Below, in pieces: positions 38,681 to 52,374 of a stretch of 64,000 nt of DNA. Under the pieces are notes generated by a model. It saw only the letters and a list, made by a program, of their open reading frames with translations. It was not told the origin of the DNA and searched no databases. Made by a program: the position numbers and the translations under genes. This DNA is from Rhina ancylostomus (lineage: Eukaryota): contig JARFYF010000112.1 in NCBI GenBank assembly GCA_030265395.1, positions 62,910,764 to 62,974,763 on the forward strand, written 5' to 3'. The stretch's first letter is position 1, and every line of letters starts with the position of its first letter.

Positions 38681-39393
38681 CAGAACATAGGCAGGACAGA
38701 AAATGTACAGCACAGGAATAGGCCCTTCAGCCCACAATGTTTGTGTCGAACACAATGCTGAATTAAACTAATTCTATTCTGCCTGTATATGATCCATATT
38801 CCTCCACTCCCTGCATATTCAGGTGTCTATCTAACAGCTTCTTAAACACCATTATTGTATCTGCTTCCACTACTTCCACCAGCAGCCTGTTCAAGACACC
38901 TACCACTCTCTGTGTAAAAAAACTTACCTCACATATCTCCTTTAAACTTCCTCCTGCTCATCTTAAATGCATGTCCTGGAGTACTTGATATTTCTACCCT
39001 GGGAAAAAGATTCTGACTTTCTACCCTATCTGAGCCCCTCATAATCTTATAAATTTCTATCATCTCCCTTCAGCCTCCAATGCTTCAGAGAAACAAGTTT
39101 ATACAGCCTCCCCTTATAGCTCATACCCTCTAATCCACGTAGAGTCCTGGTAAACCTCTTTTGTACTCTTTCCAAAGCCTTCACATCTTTCCTGTAACGG
39201 GTGACCATAATTACACACAATACTCCAAGTGTGGCCTAAACTTTATATAGCTGCAACATAACTTCCTGCATTTAATGCCACAACCAATGAAGGCAAGCAT
39301 GCCATCTGCCTCCTTTACCATCCCATCTACTTGCGTGGCCACTTTCAGTGAGCTATGGACTTGGACCCCAAGTTCCCTCTGTACATCAATGCT
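38681..39393 (-). mobile_element. CR1/HER1 LINE 3' fragment
   Basis: Colinear with 1365-1842 and 11985-12700 (ggcccttcagcccacaatgt, accactctctgtgtaaaaaa, tactccaagtgtggccta, ggaccccaagttccctctg). Confidence 0.9.
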
Positions 39394-42300
39394 GGGTACT
39401 GGGGAGATCAGCAGACCCAGTCTGCTTCTATTGGGAAAGCTACTTTTCTACGGTCCAGTCCAATTGTGTTGCTTGCTCAAGTCGACAGGACAACACTGTC
39501 ACCAGCATGGAGGCCACCTGCAGTGACTTTGCAACATATGGGCACTACTAATCCAGTAATCCATTAGTGCCCTCAACCATTAACCTATCACTCAGATCCA
39601 GCCAGCACTACAACATCACATACTGTGCTACCCACATAAGAAAAATACATGAATCATTTTTGATGTGTTAAATGTCGCTAGTGTTTTTAATCCCTTTGCC
39701 ACTGAATACCTTGGCATACTCAAGCCCAGTCATGCCATTATGGTACTTTTCCCAAAGTGCAGGGGTCTAATATTGCCATCAATAATAAGTCCTCAGAGAA
39801 TGCAAAATGTGGCAAAGCATTTTCTATACTTTGCATCTCAACACCATGTCCAGTTGTGTGTAGATAAGCCTATAAATGAGTTATAAAGAAGTTGTAAGGT
39901 TGCTTGAAGGATTGGTGTGGGTGAATACCAAAGATGAAAGGACTAACTTGATCAGTTAACCTTATATTACTCGATTGCTTAAACTAGCTCCTCCCACTTC
40001 TGTTTCCTGATATTGGGATTATTGTTTCAGCATTCATTCCGGCTGACAATTTCTGCCAGCCATGGTGCACTGTAGTCCTCTGGGAAAGGTGTTCCGGAGT
40101 GCCAATAATGGCAGGTCTAATCAAATACATCACATTTCAACAGAATGTCAACTTTGCAATCCATCAAACTGCACTGGGGTCAGCAAAAGCTTCCCAGAGA
40201 CTTGGTTTCATCTGACCTCTTGCATGTTTCCAGCATATTCTGTTTTTATCTCATTTTCATCTGTCCTTCCAGCTTGTATCCCCATGCGGAAGGTCTGCAG
40301 GAGACAGGATGCTCGGGAATCATGAATGTGATTTTGCGATCCAGTATCAGGGGAGCTCCAGACAAACCAGGAATGATGAGAGTGAACAGTTTTAGCTTGA
40401 CATTTGTCTTTGATCAGAATGTTAAATGATCAACTAATGTGTAGAATTTAAAATTAATAACAGGTACCTAAAGAGGTAGGGGTGTCCCTGATCCCCATGA
40501 ATAGACAAATGCTGCAGCCTACAGAATATTTCCTCCTGTCCTATGGTAACACACATGCAAAGTATAACTGATGCCTTCCATTATATCAAGTCCATCAAAT
40601 AATATTTTAACATTGGATTTTTAAAAAATAATAACTTTATGTACAGAGTATTTACTGACATTTGCTTTGTTATGATATTTGTCCACAACTGGCCTCATGT
40701 AAATTCATGCATTAGGATCATTCAGTCAGAGCTCCATACTTAATGAGAGTTTGTGTCTAAAACATTCCCAATCCCAAAGCTATATACGACTTCCATCAGC
40801 AAATTGCAAGGATAGAATTTCCAGTAGATTGCCACATTTGTTCCAGTGCAACTTGACCGATATCAACCAAACCAGTGGAAATGATCAATGAATTATAAAC
40901 ATAGATCATATCTAACACATTAAGGGTTCTGCAATTGTTTGTCCTAATTTAAAAAACATAGTGTTAGAAGGCAGATGATCTATGGTAATAACCACTAGAT
41001 TAGTTATAATCATAGATCAAATTCATTTCCAGTAATTTCACCCATTTGCAGCACTTCAAGAAATCTCTTAAAATTGCTTATTTATATGGTAGAAAACCTA
41101 TTAAAGAGACAACTGTGTAGATGTCTTTACAACATTAAACTCTAAGCCAGTATATATACGTATATAAAATAGAAATATTCAAATGTAACTTTTTTAAGTA
41201 CCTTATGATTCAGCAAAAGATTATGAAATAATTTGCATTAATATCCATTAAATAATTAGTCAGCACAATATCACCTAGACAACAAAATTTTAAAATCCTC
41301 TATGGATATGCTTTGCAGAACTTTGGATTAAGTATGAATCAAACAACATAGAGCTGTTGCAAGGCTTGAACATCTTAATTGTATGTAGAATTGAGTAGAA
41401 TGTGATAGGGGTTTTTTGAATGTGGGTCAATAAACTGAAATGATGCCATTAAAGAAAAAAAATGTGCTGTTGATTCACCCTTTCCATAAAGTGAGTGATG
41501 GTACAGTCTTCTCTTTAACTCCGAACAAGCAGTGCACGGAGAATTCAATGAATGTTGCTGGTTCTGTTATGTCCACCAGTATCATTTACTTCCTTCACAC
41601 ACTTTGCTACTTGCCATGTGGGTCAGCTGTGTCCACACTGCCAGGTGGATAGGATGCTATGATAAAATTCAGCACTCCACCCGAGGGAGAAAGGAAAAAC
41701 TGAAGGATTTCTCACCTACAAACCTTAGTTTTCCAACCACTGGAGCTGGTTACAAGACTCCTGTCGGCTGTTAAGGAAATTTATTTTAAAAAGCAAGTCT
41801 GTCCTTGATTTTCATCGCTCTTTAATCAGAATCAAGGCTCTAAACTTGGAATTCCCTCTCTAAACCTTTCTCTCCCTCACACTCTTTCCTTCTTTAACTT
41901 GCACATTGGGATTTACTATATTCGAGGTACAACATGAATACAAGTAGTTACATCTGATTGCCAGACAAACAGCCCAGAGAATTTACTCAGTCAGGCAATG
42001 TGCTTCAGGGATGTTTTGACAAAAAAAACATACTCCACAAAACAAGTATCAGCTTAAGAAGCAGGCTCAAACATCTGCACTATTACTGATGTACTTGTTT
42101 CTACATTAATGCCAAAAGGATCAATGTTGAGGCAAAAGGGGTGAATGCTGAGCATTTCCCTGTTACTCTTTTCTTTCATGAGCCTCTAGTTTAATGAATA
42201 TCTATCTGTATTTCCAGAGCAACCCTGTGAAGCTCAATATTCTCTCCAAGTCATCAACCCAATGCTGGCAGATTGGCGTCAAAGTGACTGTTCTCTTCAC

Positions 42301-44264
42301 AAACCGTCAAACAATACCTTTTCCACTGAGTGTTTCTAACTAATCAGCAGAGACTGGAGAAAGCCCATGACCAGTCTGTATTCTCCTAAGAGGCCAATCA
42401 TTCTGACAACGGTGATAAGGAGTGGGCACATTTCAACTGAGCTCTCTTTGGCCTTACCCCTCCCAAAGCTCTGCTCCTTAGCTACTGAAGTGAATCAATA
42501 TAAATGCTCCATGATGGTTTCTGTAAATAAGAACATTTATCAAACTAATTACACCTTGTTTCCTTTCATTCGGAAAGGTGTTCCTGCAATGTCTTTTGGT
42601 ACTTAACAGATAACTTTGGGAGCCCAAAACAAACTTAACCTCTAGGCTGCCTTGATCTTCAAAAGTGTCCCAGCCCTAATCTATGCATTTAAGATCTGAT
42701 AAATTAGCAAAAACAGACACAAATGTTAACGGCTTCCTAATCCAAAGGAAAACAGTGTTATCATTGCAACCTACACATTTTGTGAGAAGAAAGCAAACTA
42801 AGTAACCTACTAATCAATCAATGAATCCAGGAATCAGGACTCTTTCAGAGCAGGAAGTAGAATTTAAAAGCCTATGAAAAATTTTTGACCTGTGCATTTC
42901 GAGAAACTACTGAACAAAGGAAAATGTTCAACAAATTAGTCATTTTATATCATTGAGTGTAATGGAGGAATTCTGACTGAACTTGTTTACTCTGCAGGAT
43001 TTGTGCCACTAATGGTCATTATTAACCAGAGCACAGTTCTCTTTTTAATGACAACCCAAAGAATTTGAACTTCTTGTTTTTAAATAATGAAGGTTGGAAT
43101 GCAGCCAGGAAGGAACAATTTGAGAAGTACACTGCTGTATTTGAGATAAGCATTGAAGAGCACAATCATACTTAGTTTGAATTCAGACTGCCCTATTGTG
43201 AACGTAATTCCACTGTTGTTAAATTCCTCAACATACAGAGCTTTTACAGAGTTTGAATTACTATCCTCTTACGCATAATTTCTGGCTACAATAATTCCGA
43301 TATCGCAAAGTGAATATGCTTGGTGACATACTTGTCCAGAGGGAATGGTGTTTTATTTTGAGTTCTTGCAACCAAAAGAACCTGCAATTATTTGTAATGC
43401 CAAATACTACAATCAACAGAAAAATAAAGTGCATCTTTAACCTGCAATAGAATTCACACAGAGAAACATATTTATCATGGAATTAACAATGGCGTTCAAT
43501 TCACTCAGCAAAAGCCCTTGAATGTAAAGGTTTATTGGAAATGTAATAGGAATTAATTATCTATTGTTGGCACTTTGCTCTAAATATAATTTGTTAAGTG
43601 AAAGTTACCCAATATTCATCTTCAGCTATTTGTCTGTAACCGATGTATTTTGAGTAATTGAAGTTAACCCAAGGGCTATAGTCTCTTGTTAATCTGTAAA
43701 GCATTCAAATAGAATTTACATGGAAAAATGCACTTGGGCGAGACTTCAACCTGTTAATTTTTCCTCTGATAACCAACTTATCCCAGATGAATAGTGTACA
43801 TTTTGAGTCAGACATTCCCCAAGGAAGTAGAGAAATTCCCTGGTCCCCAGCTACCAGAAGAGTTCTCTTTCTGCTCGTATGGAACACAGGTAGCTGTTCC
43901 TATACTGGTGAATGAATTTTTAGCTAGATTTTAAATTACCAGCATTTTTGAATCTGAAGAATGCTTAAGCTTTTAGTCAGATGCATGCTAAGTGGCATGG
44001 CTGAACAATTTCTGTGTGATGAATTAGATTTTCCAGACTTTTCTGGAATGAATTGGTTTGTACGAATTGAACTTTTAGAAAGATTGCCTACAATTATTCC
44101 TACCCCCACTGCTCTCCTCCTTGTCTTCCACTCTGTAATGATCTAACAGAAGTGACAATTCTTAGATTGGTTTGTTTTTGTGATAGTTTTCCATTACATA
44201 GGTACATTTCTGATTGAGCTACATATACGGGCTCCCATGCTAATTTTAACTTAATAGTGGCTTA

Positions 44265-44336
44265 CACAGGTTGATAAATGGCACTAAAATTTTAAAACTT
44301 TAGCACAGATTGATAAAAGGCACTAAAATGGCACTA
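44265..44336. repeat. 26-bp imperfect direct repeat (period 39) with a partial third copy
   Basis: cacaggttgataaatggcactaaaat / cacagattgataaaaggcactaaaat / ggcacta. Confidence 0.8.
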
Positions 44337-47300
44337 TTAACTTCTGTCAAAGAAAAAATTGCAAAAGTACCTGTCACAGGCAAGGGGTTCTAAATGCAAC
44401 AAACTGACCTGGGTTAATGCCACTCTGACCACCCATCTCCTCCCCACCTTCTCTCCCCATCCTTCCTTCTGAGATCAGAGTTCCAATAAGGGCAGGAATA
44501 CCTTCTTCAAGCCTGCCTTATAGTCCAACAGTCCACAGCCCAACAATTACCTAAATCGGACTAGGCCTCCCTCAGAGATTGCTTGGACAAGCAGCTGATG
44601 AATTTTGCCTGTCTGAAGTCTGCTCTGATTGGGGAGAATGTAATCAGTCCCGGAAATTCAGAACTTTATTTCAGAGCTGAGAGTGCCTTTGTATTTAGAG
44701 CTAGTGCATCACTGCCTGGTCAGAGGTTAATTGAGAAAAAAATATTATGACATCTCTTTCTTGTTTCAGAGCATTGCTTTAGTTTTATTAGTTAGACCTC
44801 ATTTTAACATTTTTACTAGCAAAAAAAGGCAAAATGTATCCAGAGTCATGAGCAACATGATACTCTGACTCACTGATGGCGAAACAATCAGACTGCAGAA
44901 CAAATGCACTCTATTACACAACTAATCTGATTATAGCCAAGCAGTGCCATTGATGCTTAATGATCAATCAACATTAATCACTTTTGTGGTTGTTCAAGCT
45001 CTTAACTTGATACTTTGTGTTATTTATTGCAACGGGTGTACAAGCAAACACTGTTTTATTGCACAATATGGACCCAGTACATGACGTCCAGTTTATCAGA
45101 GAGAGTTTTCCACTTGTTTACTCATTCAGTTTGAGAGCAAGCTGTAGTGAGCAAGGACTATAACCATGGAGCACAAGCCTTATAATTTATATGAGCCCTC
45201 TTTACCATTAAAGCGTATCTAATTATAAACACCTTCCTTCTAATTGTAATGTATCATCTAGCAACACTTGTCTTAATTTTGGTCTTTTCATTATCCACAA
45301 GCTCTTGAACACCTTTGGTACATTGTAATGATGAGTATATTGGGAATAACTTTGATTTTCTTCAGTAAATATACCTTGAAAAGCAGCTTAATACTCAGCC
45401 AAACAGGGCATGAAGTATTGTGGAATTTTTGACCTAACCTCCACAACTTGTAGTCGACAGAACAAATAAACATTGAGATATGGTTGGCATATTCATATGT
45501 TTACAATCATTAATAATCAAAATATTAATTTAAAGAGGCATGTTTTAGGTTGAACTTATTTCCCCTAACTTGACATTATGAATCATATGCTGGCTATTGA
45601 TATACTGAAATATTAATGGATAATTCTACATCCCACTAATAACACAACACATAATGAAGCTTGATAGAATGGAAAAGTCAATTGCATTTACATGGTATTG
45701 GAAAATCCTTAAGGGGGTCACAGTTTTAATTTTAATTTAAACTCAAGTCTTCATGCATACATTCAGGGATTTAAAACCACCTAACAACATTATACCAATG
45801 CTAAGTATCCTTTAGAGAATTTTATGAGAATATGCAGAAATTGGATTGTGTACATTTTTCTACAGTGCATGATTCAATTTCAATATAAAAACAAATCAAT
45901 TTGTAAAGGAAAAATGTTTACTTACTGCAAGCTCCATAAACTCCTCTATTTTTTTCTTCCAGATCCTCCATGCATCTGACATGCAAGGAAGAACCCAGAC
46001 TACACAAGAACAGCATACACCTGCATGTCACTTCTGTGATTTAGGACCATGCATAAGTGGTCAGCAGAGGGTACAGGCCTTAACAATATTTTGAGGTCTA
46101 CCTCATTGTTACTTAAAGGGGACTGATCTGAGTAGGTGCTAGGGCCTTGGTGCTTGGTGCTGGGATCCTGCCTCCTGTGGATCACCTTTAAGTTAAATAC
46201 TTAATATTGCAACAGCTCTTCCTTGGGCTCCTCATCACCAACCCGCCCACCAGCTTGTGGCCCTCACCACTTCCCCTTCCACTAATCACATGCCCAAATC
46301 ACTATCCATCACCTCAAATGATCTGCCACCTGACCCATTGTCCAATTCACTGCCGATCTGTCTCCTGAATCAATTCCCCCATCCACAATCCTCACTACTG
46401 ATCTAGCACTTGAATCACCATTCCCACTCCATTGATTTGTTGCTTGACTCCTCCTACACCCACTACCCTAGCCATCTAGTATACAACCTCACACATTGAC
46501 TATCCATTACCCAATGTCCTCCTTAACCTAGCTGTCTACTGCCCAACCTTCACCATCTCATCTTGACATGCTACACCACATGAATTTACCTAATGCTTGA
46601 AGTCACAATGGGTCCCACTGGGCTCTCACCCCTGTGATTTGGACCTGGACCTAACTGATATGCTTTGCATACTTGCTCTGCAATGGCGGAAGGCAAGATT
46701 CAAAGTCCTATGGGCATGCAGGGCCTATCCAGCAGCACAGAAAAAAATACTTTGCTGGCCTGTTCTCATCAAGAAATTGGCCCCACTCAATTTTAAGCAT
46801 GAACATTTTCAATAAATGAGAAGAAGCGGTGTATCTCAATTTCCAACCAAACACAACATTGGTATCAAGTATCAAGGACACAGGGTCTGTCCTGCAAGGT
46901 CACCACCCCTACTACCATTTCTTATCTTTGGTGTATGTAACCAAAAAAAAGATTGAGGCAAATCAAAATGGGTTAAATGGCTTCTCTCTGTGCCATAACT
47001 TTCCTGCAATTCTAATCAAGTCTAAAACAGATTTTCAATCATCCCTATTCTCACTGAATGGGCTTTATTATTTGTCCCCTAACATTATGGAAATCAATCC
47101 ATGAATACCACACCAGGACAGGTTCACATCTGCAATTCCCTGTACAGTTAAGTTCTTAATTAGATCCATGCCATCAGGATAAGACTGGTCTCCACAGAGA
47201 GCAATAACAAATCAATGCTTGAATCAACCCAAGTCCACACACAAAAACATAAAGCTTCCATAAAATTAATCAATTGTGACATAGACTGGGTCCTTGAAGT

Positions 47301-47589
47301 AGGTTCCAAGATGCAGTAACCTGTCTGATCTCTCAGTCTGGGAAATACTATGTGAAATAAAAAAAAGATCTAAACAGAAAGAAGAATAATTGTGTAAATT
47401 AGAAGGTAGATGAATGGGGGAGATTTTGAGCCAGGTACTGAGGTAGAAGTAATTATGAGGCAATCAGCACTCACTGTTATTCATATATATATCAGACTGC
47501 AATTCCAGCAACTGAACAGATGCAGTTAAAGCCAGAAATCAGTAAGCTGCTTCTGAGATGCCATGCTCTTCTAAAAGCTACATTAACCA

Positions 47590-47697
47590 GCTAAGACTAG
47601 TGAAGAGGAGTTGAGGCCAGCCATGATCATATTAAATGGTGGGGCAGGCTTGAGGGGCCTGATTGACTACTACTGCTCTTATTTTCTTGTGTTCTTG
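47590..47697 (+). mobile_element. CR1 3' tail fragment
   Basis: agttgaggccagccatgatcatattaaatggtggggcaggcttgagggg...gactactactgctcttattttcttgtgttctt; same tail as 14630-14715. Confidence 0.7.
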
Positions 47698-50600
47698 GAT
47701 ATCAATCATATGGAATATGGATCAATTCCATATGATCCACTGAATCAAATAGAATAGCAGGAAATTGTGATACCTACCTGACAACCATGCACTGAACTCA
47801 ACAGGAACAAAATAAGGTTTCTCCATTCAATGAACATTTTTCACAGTATGATGAGAGCCCCAAACAACCTCACTGACACTGAAAATTAACTTTATCAGTT
47901 CTGGGGCATTATGTCTCCAGACAAAAATTACTTTGGAAATTTAAAAAAATTAGATAAATATTTTCATTAAATTAAATCTTTTGGACTCTTTTATCACTAT
48001 TAATCCAAATTTTCTTTCTCCTTCTTTATTTCACTTGCTGCACCTATTTAAAAAGAATTCACTTTTCTGACTGACACTTGCCAGTTCAGACTGTGCACTG
48101 TTCTTTACACAGTCATTCAATTTGATTGGTTAAGGAGACAGGCAGTTGTTTCTCATATTCACAAATGCACCAGGCATTTTGGATGATTGGCTGACAGGAA
48201 CTTCCAGGGCAAAGGCCCAGAACTCTCGAGAGCAGAGCAAGTGCACACACTGCAAAATGTAGCCCAAAGTTAAAAATGAAAAATAATAAACACTCTGCAT
48301 TTGATGTTAATATTGTAGATTTACCCAGCCATCAGTCTTCAATACATGATCCTGTACAGTAAAATCCATAATAAAGAGATTTATTTACCTAAATAAATAG
48401 TGCAATCAAAATATAGAAAGGCAAATTATTTTGCAGCACCCCATCATACAAATTTTCCTACCAATTTTTTAAAAAAAGTTACATTGTAATCTCATAAACA
48501 AATCCATTCTATTAAATAAACATCATCCAGCAGCTTTCATCTGGGAGCACATACATTTGCAACAATTTTCCTTTGCTTGAAACACATTCACACAAAACGG
48601 ATTTACTGATTTATTATCTATTTCTTCTGTACTCTGTTGCTAGTAAAACAAAAGCTTTGTTGTACTAGGTTTCATACGATTGGGTTTTACATAAATTTGA
48701 GACCATGCGACCTGTGCACATTTTATTTAGGATCAGGATTTGAATATTACCACTTACACTGTAGCCATCCAAACTGTGGCACTAAGACAAAGGCTCCATT
48801 ACATTTGGACCATTACCTGCAATCTTTATTATAAATAGAAACAAGCTGTACTGACTTTCAATCTCATTTTTTTTCTCCCCAAGACTTAAAATATAATTTT
48901 AAATAGTAGTTATCAGTCTGAAAAGGTCCCAAAACATTCATTAAACCTTAATCTATTCAGGCATATTTCTTGGCTAAATGGCGAATATATCTAACTCTGA
49001 TCAAGCCTGGCTGACATCTTGATTAATTGCTGTTACATGACTTCATAATCTGAAAGCCCGGTATATTTGGTCAGCCCTTTACTGCTGAAAGAAAGGCATA
49101 AGCTGTGAAGTTTGTCATGTGGTGTTGCTGCCAACTGATCAATGTCCTTCTGTATCACAGAATAAGAAAGGATTCGCATATTATGTGTATTTTGTGACTG
49201 TGTAAGATTTTAGGACCAGCTGAATGCTGAAATTCAAAGTATGTTTTTAGGCTGGAGTCTTCTGGCATGCAAGGTATGTAAATCATTAATAGCATATCAT
49301 AGCTCTGCTGTTCCATTAAGAATGGGTATGTGAACCAGGACTTGAAAATTCTCTCCTTTATACAGTAACCACATACATTTTGGCATAAAAACAAAAGTTC
49401 ACTTTGTGTTTGTGAGGCATTTCACATCTGTGGAGGGACGTAACCGATCTTGTACGGGATGAAAATATATCGGCCAAAATGTCCCAGAATTGTGGGGGGG
49501 GGCACAGAATGTTAATCTCGATGCTGAGAAATTAGGTTGGTCCTTTCAGATGGGTAGAAAGCCACCCAGTAATTTTCACAATGATGCCCATGCTCCCCTG
49601 AATGCACAGGGAGGTCAGCGCAGCCCAGTGTCTCTGTTAATAGAACCTCTCAGAACATCTCATTTCAATCAACCAAACCATGATGAAAGGTGGGAGACTG
49701 GTGATTGCTGCCAGCTGGACTTCAATACAGAGAGAGAGAATTTCTTGATCTTAAAAGCAAATTACAATGCAGAAAAATTGATCTTGGAAGCAGTTCACTT
49801 TTCATGGAAATTATAAAGAGGATATCTGTTTAGGTCACTTGTTGCATGATGCTGAGNNNNNNNNNNNNNNNNNNNNNNNNNNNNNNNNNNNNNNNNNNNN
49901 NNNNNNNNNNNNNNNNNNNNNNNNNNNNNNNNNNNNNNNNNNNNNNNNNNNNNNNNNNNNNNNNNNNNNNNNNNNNNNNNNNNNNNNNNNNNNNNNNNNN
50001 NNNNNNNNNNNNNNNNNNNNNNNNNNNNNNNNNNNNNNNNNNNNNNNNNNNNNNNNNNNNNNNNNNNNNNNNNNNNNNNNNNNNNNNNNNNNNNNNNNNN
50101 NNNNNNNNNNNNNNNNNNNNNNNNNNNNNNNNNNNNNNNNNGGCTCTTCCTCCTGGCTCCACCATGACATTTTAATTATGAAAAATTTGGGGGGCGTGGT
50201 GCTGAAGAATATTGAGCACAGCAGATCTGATGATCTACTCATCCTAAACCAGCTGCAGTCTAAATTCCTAGCTGCACTCCACACCCATAAGCTCCACTCA
50301 CCCGTATGTGATGCAAAAGGCTACACCTATTTCAGTGACTGACTAGGAAGCTGTGCTCTAGAGTCCCCAAAATGTAACCTCCACTGTGTCCATACAAAAA
50401 AAACAACTACCGATTATATTGTAATTTTTTTCAACTCCAGAAGATCTAAAGTAGTTTACAGCCAATTACATACTTCTGAAGTGTGGTAACTTATAAGGGA
50501 GGAAGTGCATCAGTGAGAGCAGGAGCTGAATGTAGTGGGAGAAAATTCCCTAGGTTATTGAAACACTTTGTCTGCTCCATGGGCGCAGGAATATGAACAT

Positions 50601-52374
50601 TGTTCTTTGTGCCCTTTTGGAGACAGAAACAAAGTTAACGTTTTATGTCAATCACCTTTAATTATCATGCACTAAATGTGCCCTTCTCCAAAAAACCAGG
50701 ACCGTTTAAGATATGGCAATTGCTTATGCTACTTATGATTGATATACTGTATACATACATTTTATAAGAATATAAATACATTTGGTTTCTCACTGGTGCC
50801 GGAAATGCCTCATCAACCAGACATGGCTTCCATACTGATGGCAATAGTGCGGAGTGCTTAATTGTTAAACATGTTGCTCCTCTGTGTGAATATTGTACAA
50901 TTAAATATTGCAGTGTTTTTGTTTAGTTAAGGTATGCATCCAAGGACATACAAACATATAACATTCAGCTTCTGATTTCATATTGTAAGTAAATCTTGTC
51001 AGATAAGACTGAGATTGCCGCTTTTACTACTGCTTCATCCCAAGCCATCTTCTTGGCAGCTTTCTGTTGTTGTGCCAAATGAACATTCACAGTCGACCAG
51101 AACACCTGCCAGCCCTCGGTGCTAATGTGCTTCTGAGAAAATAATGATGAAAACTGAAAACATATCTCGAACTGCCAATTTACTGTTGTAACCTTTCCAT
51201 TACTACGAGGCAAATTTACAACTTCTAAGAGCGATGAAAGGCAAAGGCTCTGGCTAACTGTGCTCACCTGGAAAGCAATGCTTTGTGCAGTGCCGTTTGT
51301 GATATTTTCATCTGCCTTGTTTTGGAAAGAGAAAAGGATCTAAATGTATCACTTCACTAAAGCTGATGGCCTTTGAGACTTGAGGCATACAGTGCTTATT
51401 TTCCATGAGGTGAACTTAACAAGAGATCCAAGGATCCCTCAGGATGAATAAAACACATTTTCTCCTTTTGTTACACATGGATTTGCATTGTCAAAATTGA
51501 GAAGAGCTCTTTCCTGAAGAAACACAGGTGCTTCCCGTTAGCTTATTATGTAGCTGCATTTTGTTTAGCTGAATGTCAACACCCCACAATCAGATAACAT
51601 TAAGAGGCGCACGGCATCTTACTTGTACCATTTTGTTATTTCAGTAATCTAACCACTCTATCAAACATTGTAATATAAAAAAAACAACGCTTAAAAATGA
51701 GGCCAAAAACTTACAAGTCNNNNNNNNNNNNNNNNNNNNNNNNNNNNNNNNNNNNNNNNNNNNNNNNNNNNNNNNNNNNNNNNNNNNNNNNNNNNNNNNN
51801 NNNNNNNNNNNNNNNNNNNNNNNNNNNNNNNNNNNNNNNNNNNNNNNNNNNNNNNNNNNNNNNNNNTCCCTGGGAGCTGATTGCCACTGTGCCAACATGC
51901 AAAATGAGAAACAAACTGTGCCTGCTGTACCTCTGGAGGAAGCTACTTCCATATGTCCATTCTTTACTCACTCTACTAAAAAACTCAAAAAAAGTCACAG
52001 ATTGTATGCTGCAAAAAAAACAGTATTGTTAACTCTTTCCAGTGACTTTCAGCAAGTGTCTGTTCAACCCAAAATGGGCCCAATATAAGTCATCTTCTGT
52101 TCATTCTTTTCCCCTTGCCCATCTTCAGATTCCATTTTGGATTCGGGCTTATTTTTTTTCCTCAGTATTTTCTTCATAAAGCCATAAGAGTTCGCTAAGT
52201 GACTGATGTTAATTATTATTTTTTCATGCATCACAAAATACAAAACAATGAGTAAATAATCCTTGTTTTTTTTAATCTTTTGGTCCCCAAGAGTGTACCT
52301 TGCCTATTTTGTTTAACCTTTAAAAGAAAATCTAGTAAGTAATTTGTATTCACATATGATCTGAGAAAATTAAA

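Noticed and set aside
45920-45975. Minus-strand micro-exon-like segment (gtcag|ATGCATGG...GCA|gtaagt) overlapping a plus-strand acceptor
   Set aside because: The peptide in every frame is unrelated to centlein and there is no supporting context.
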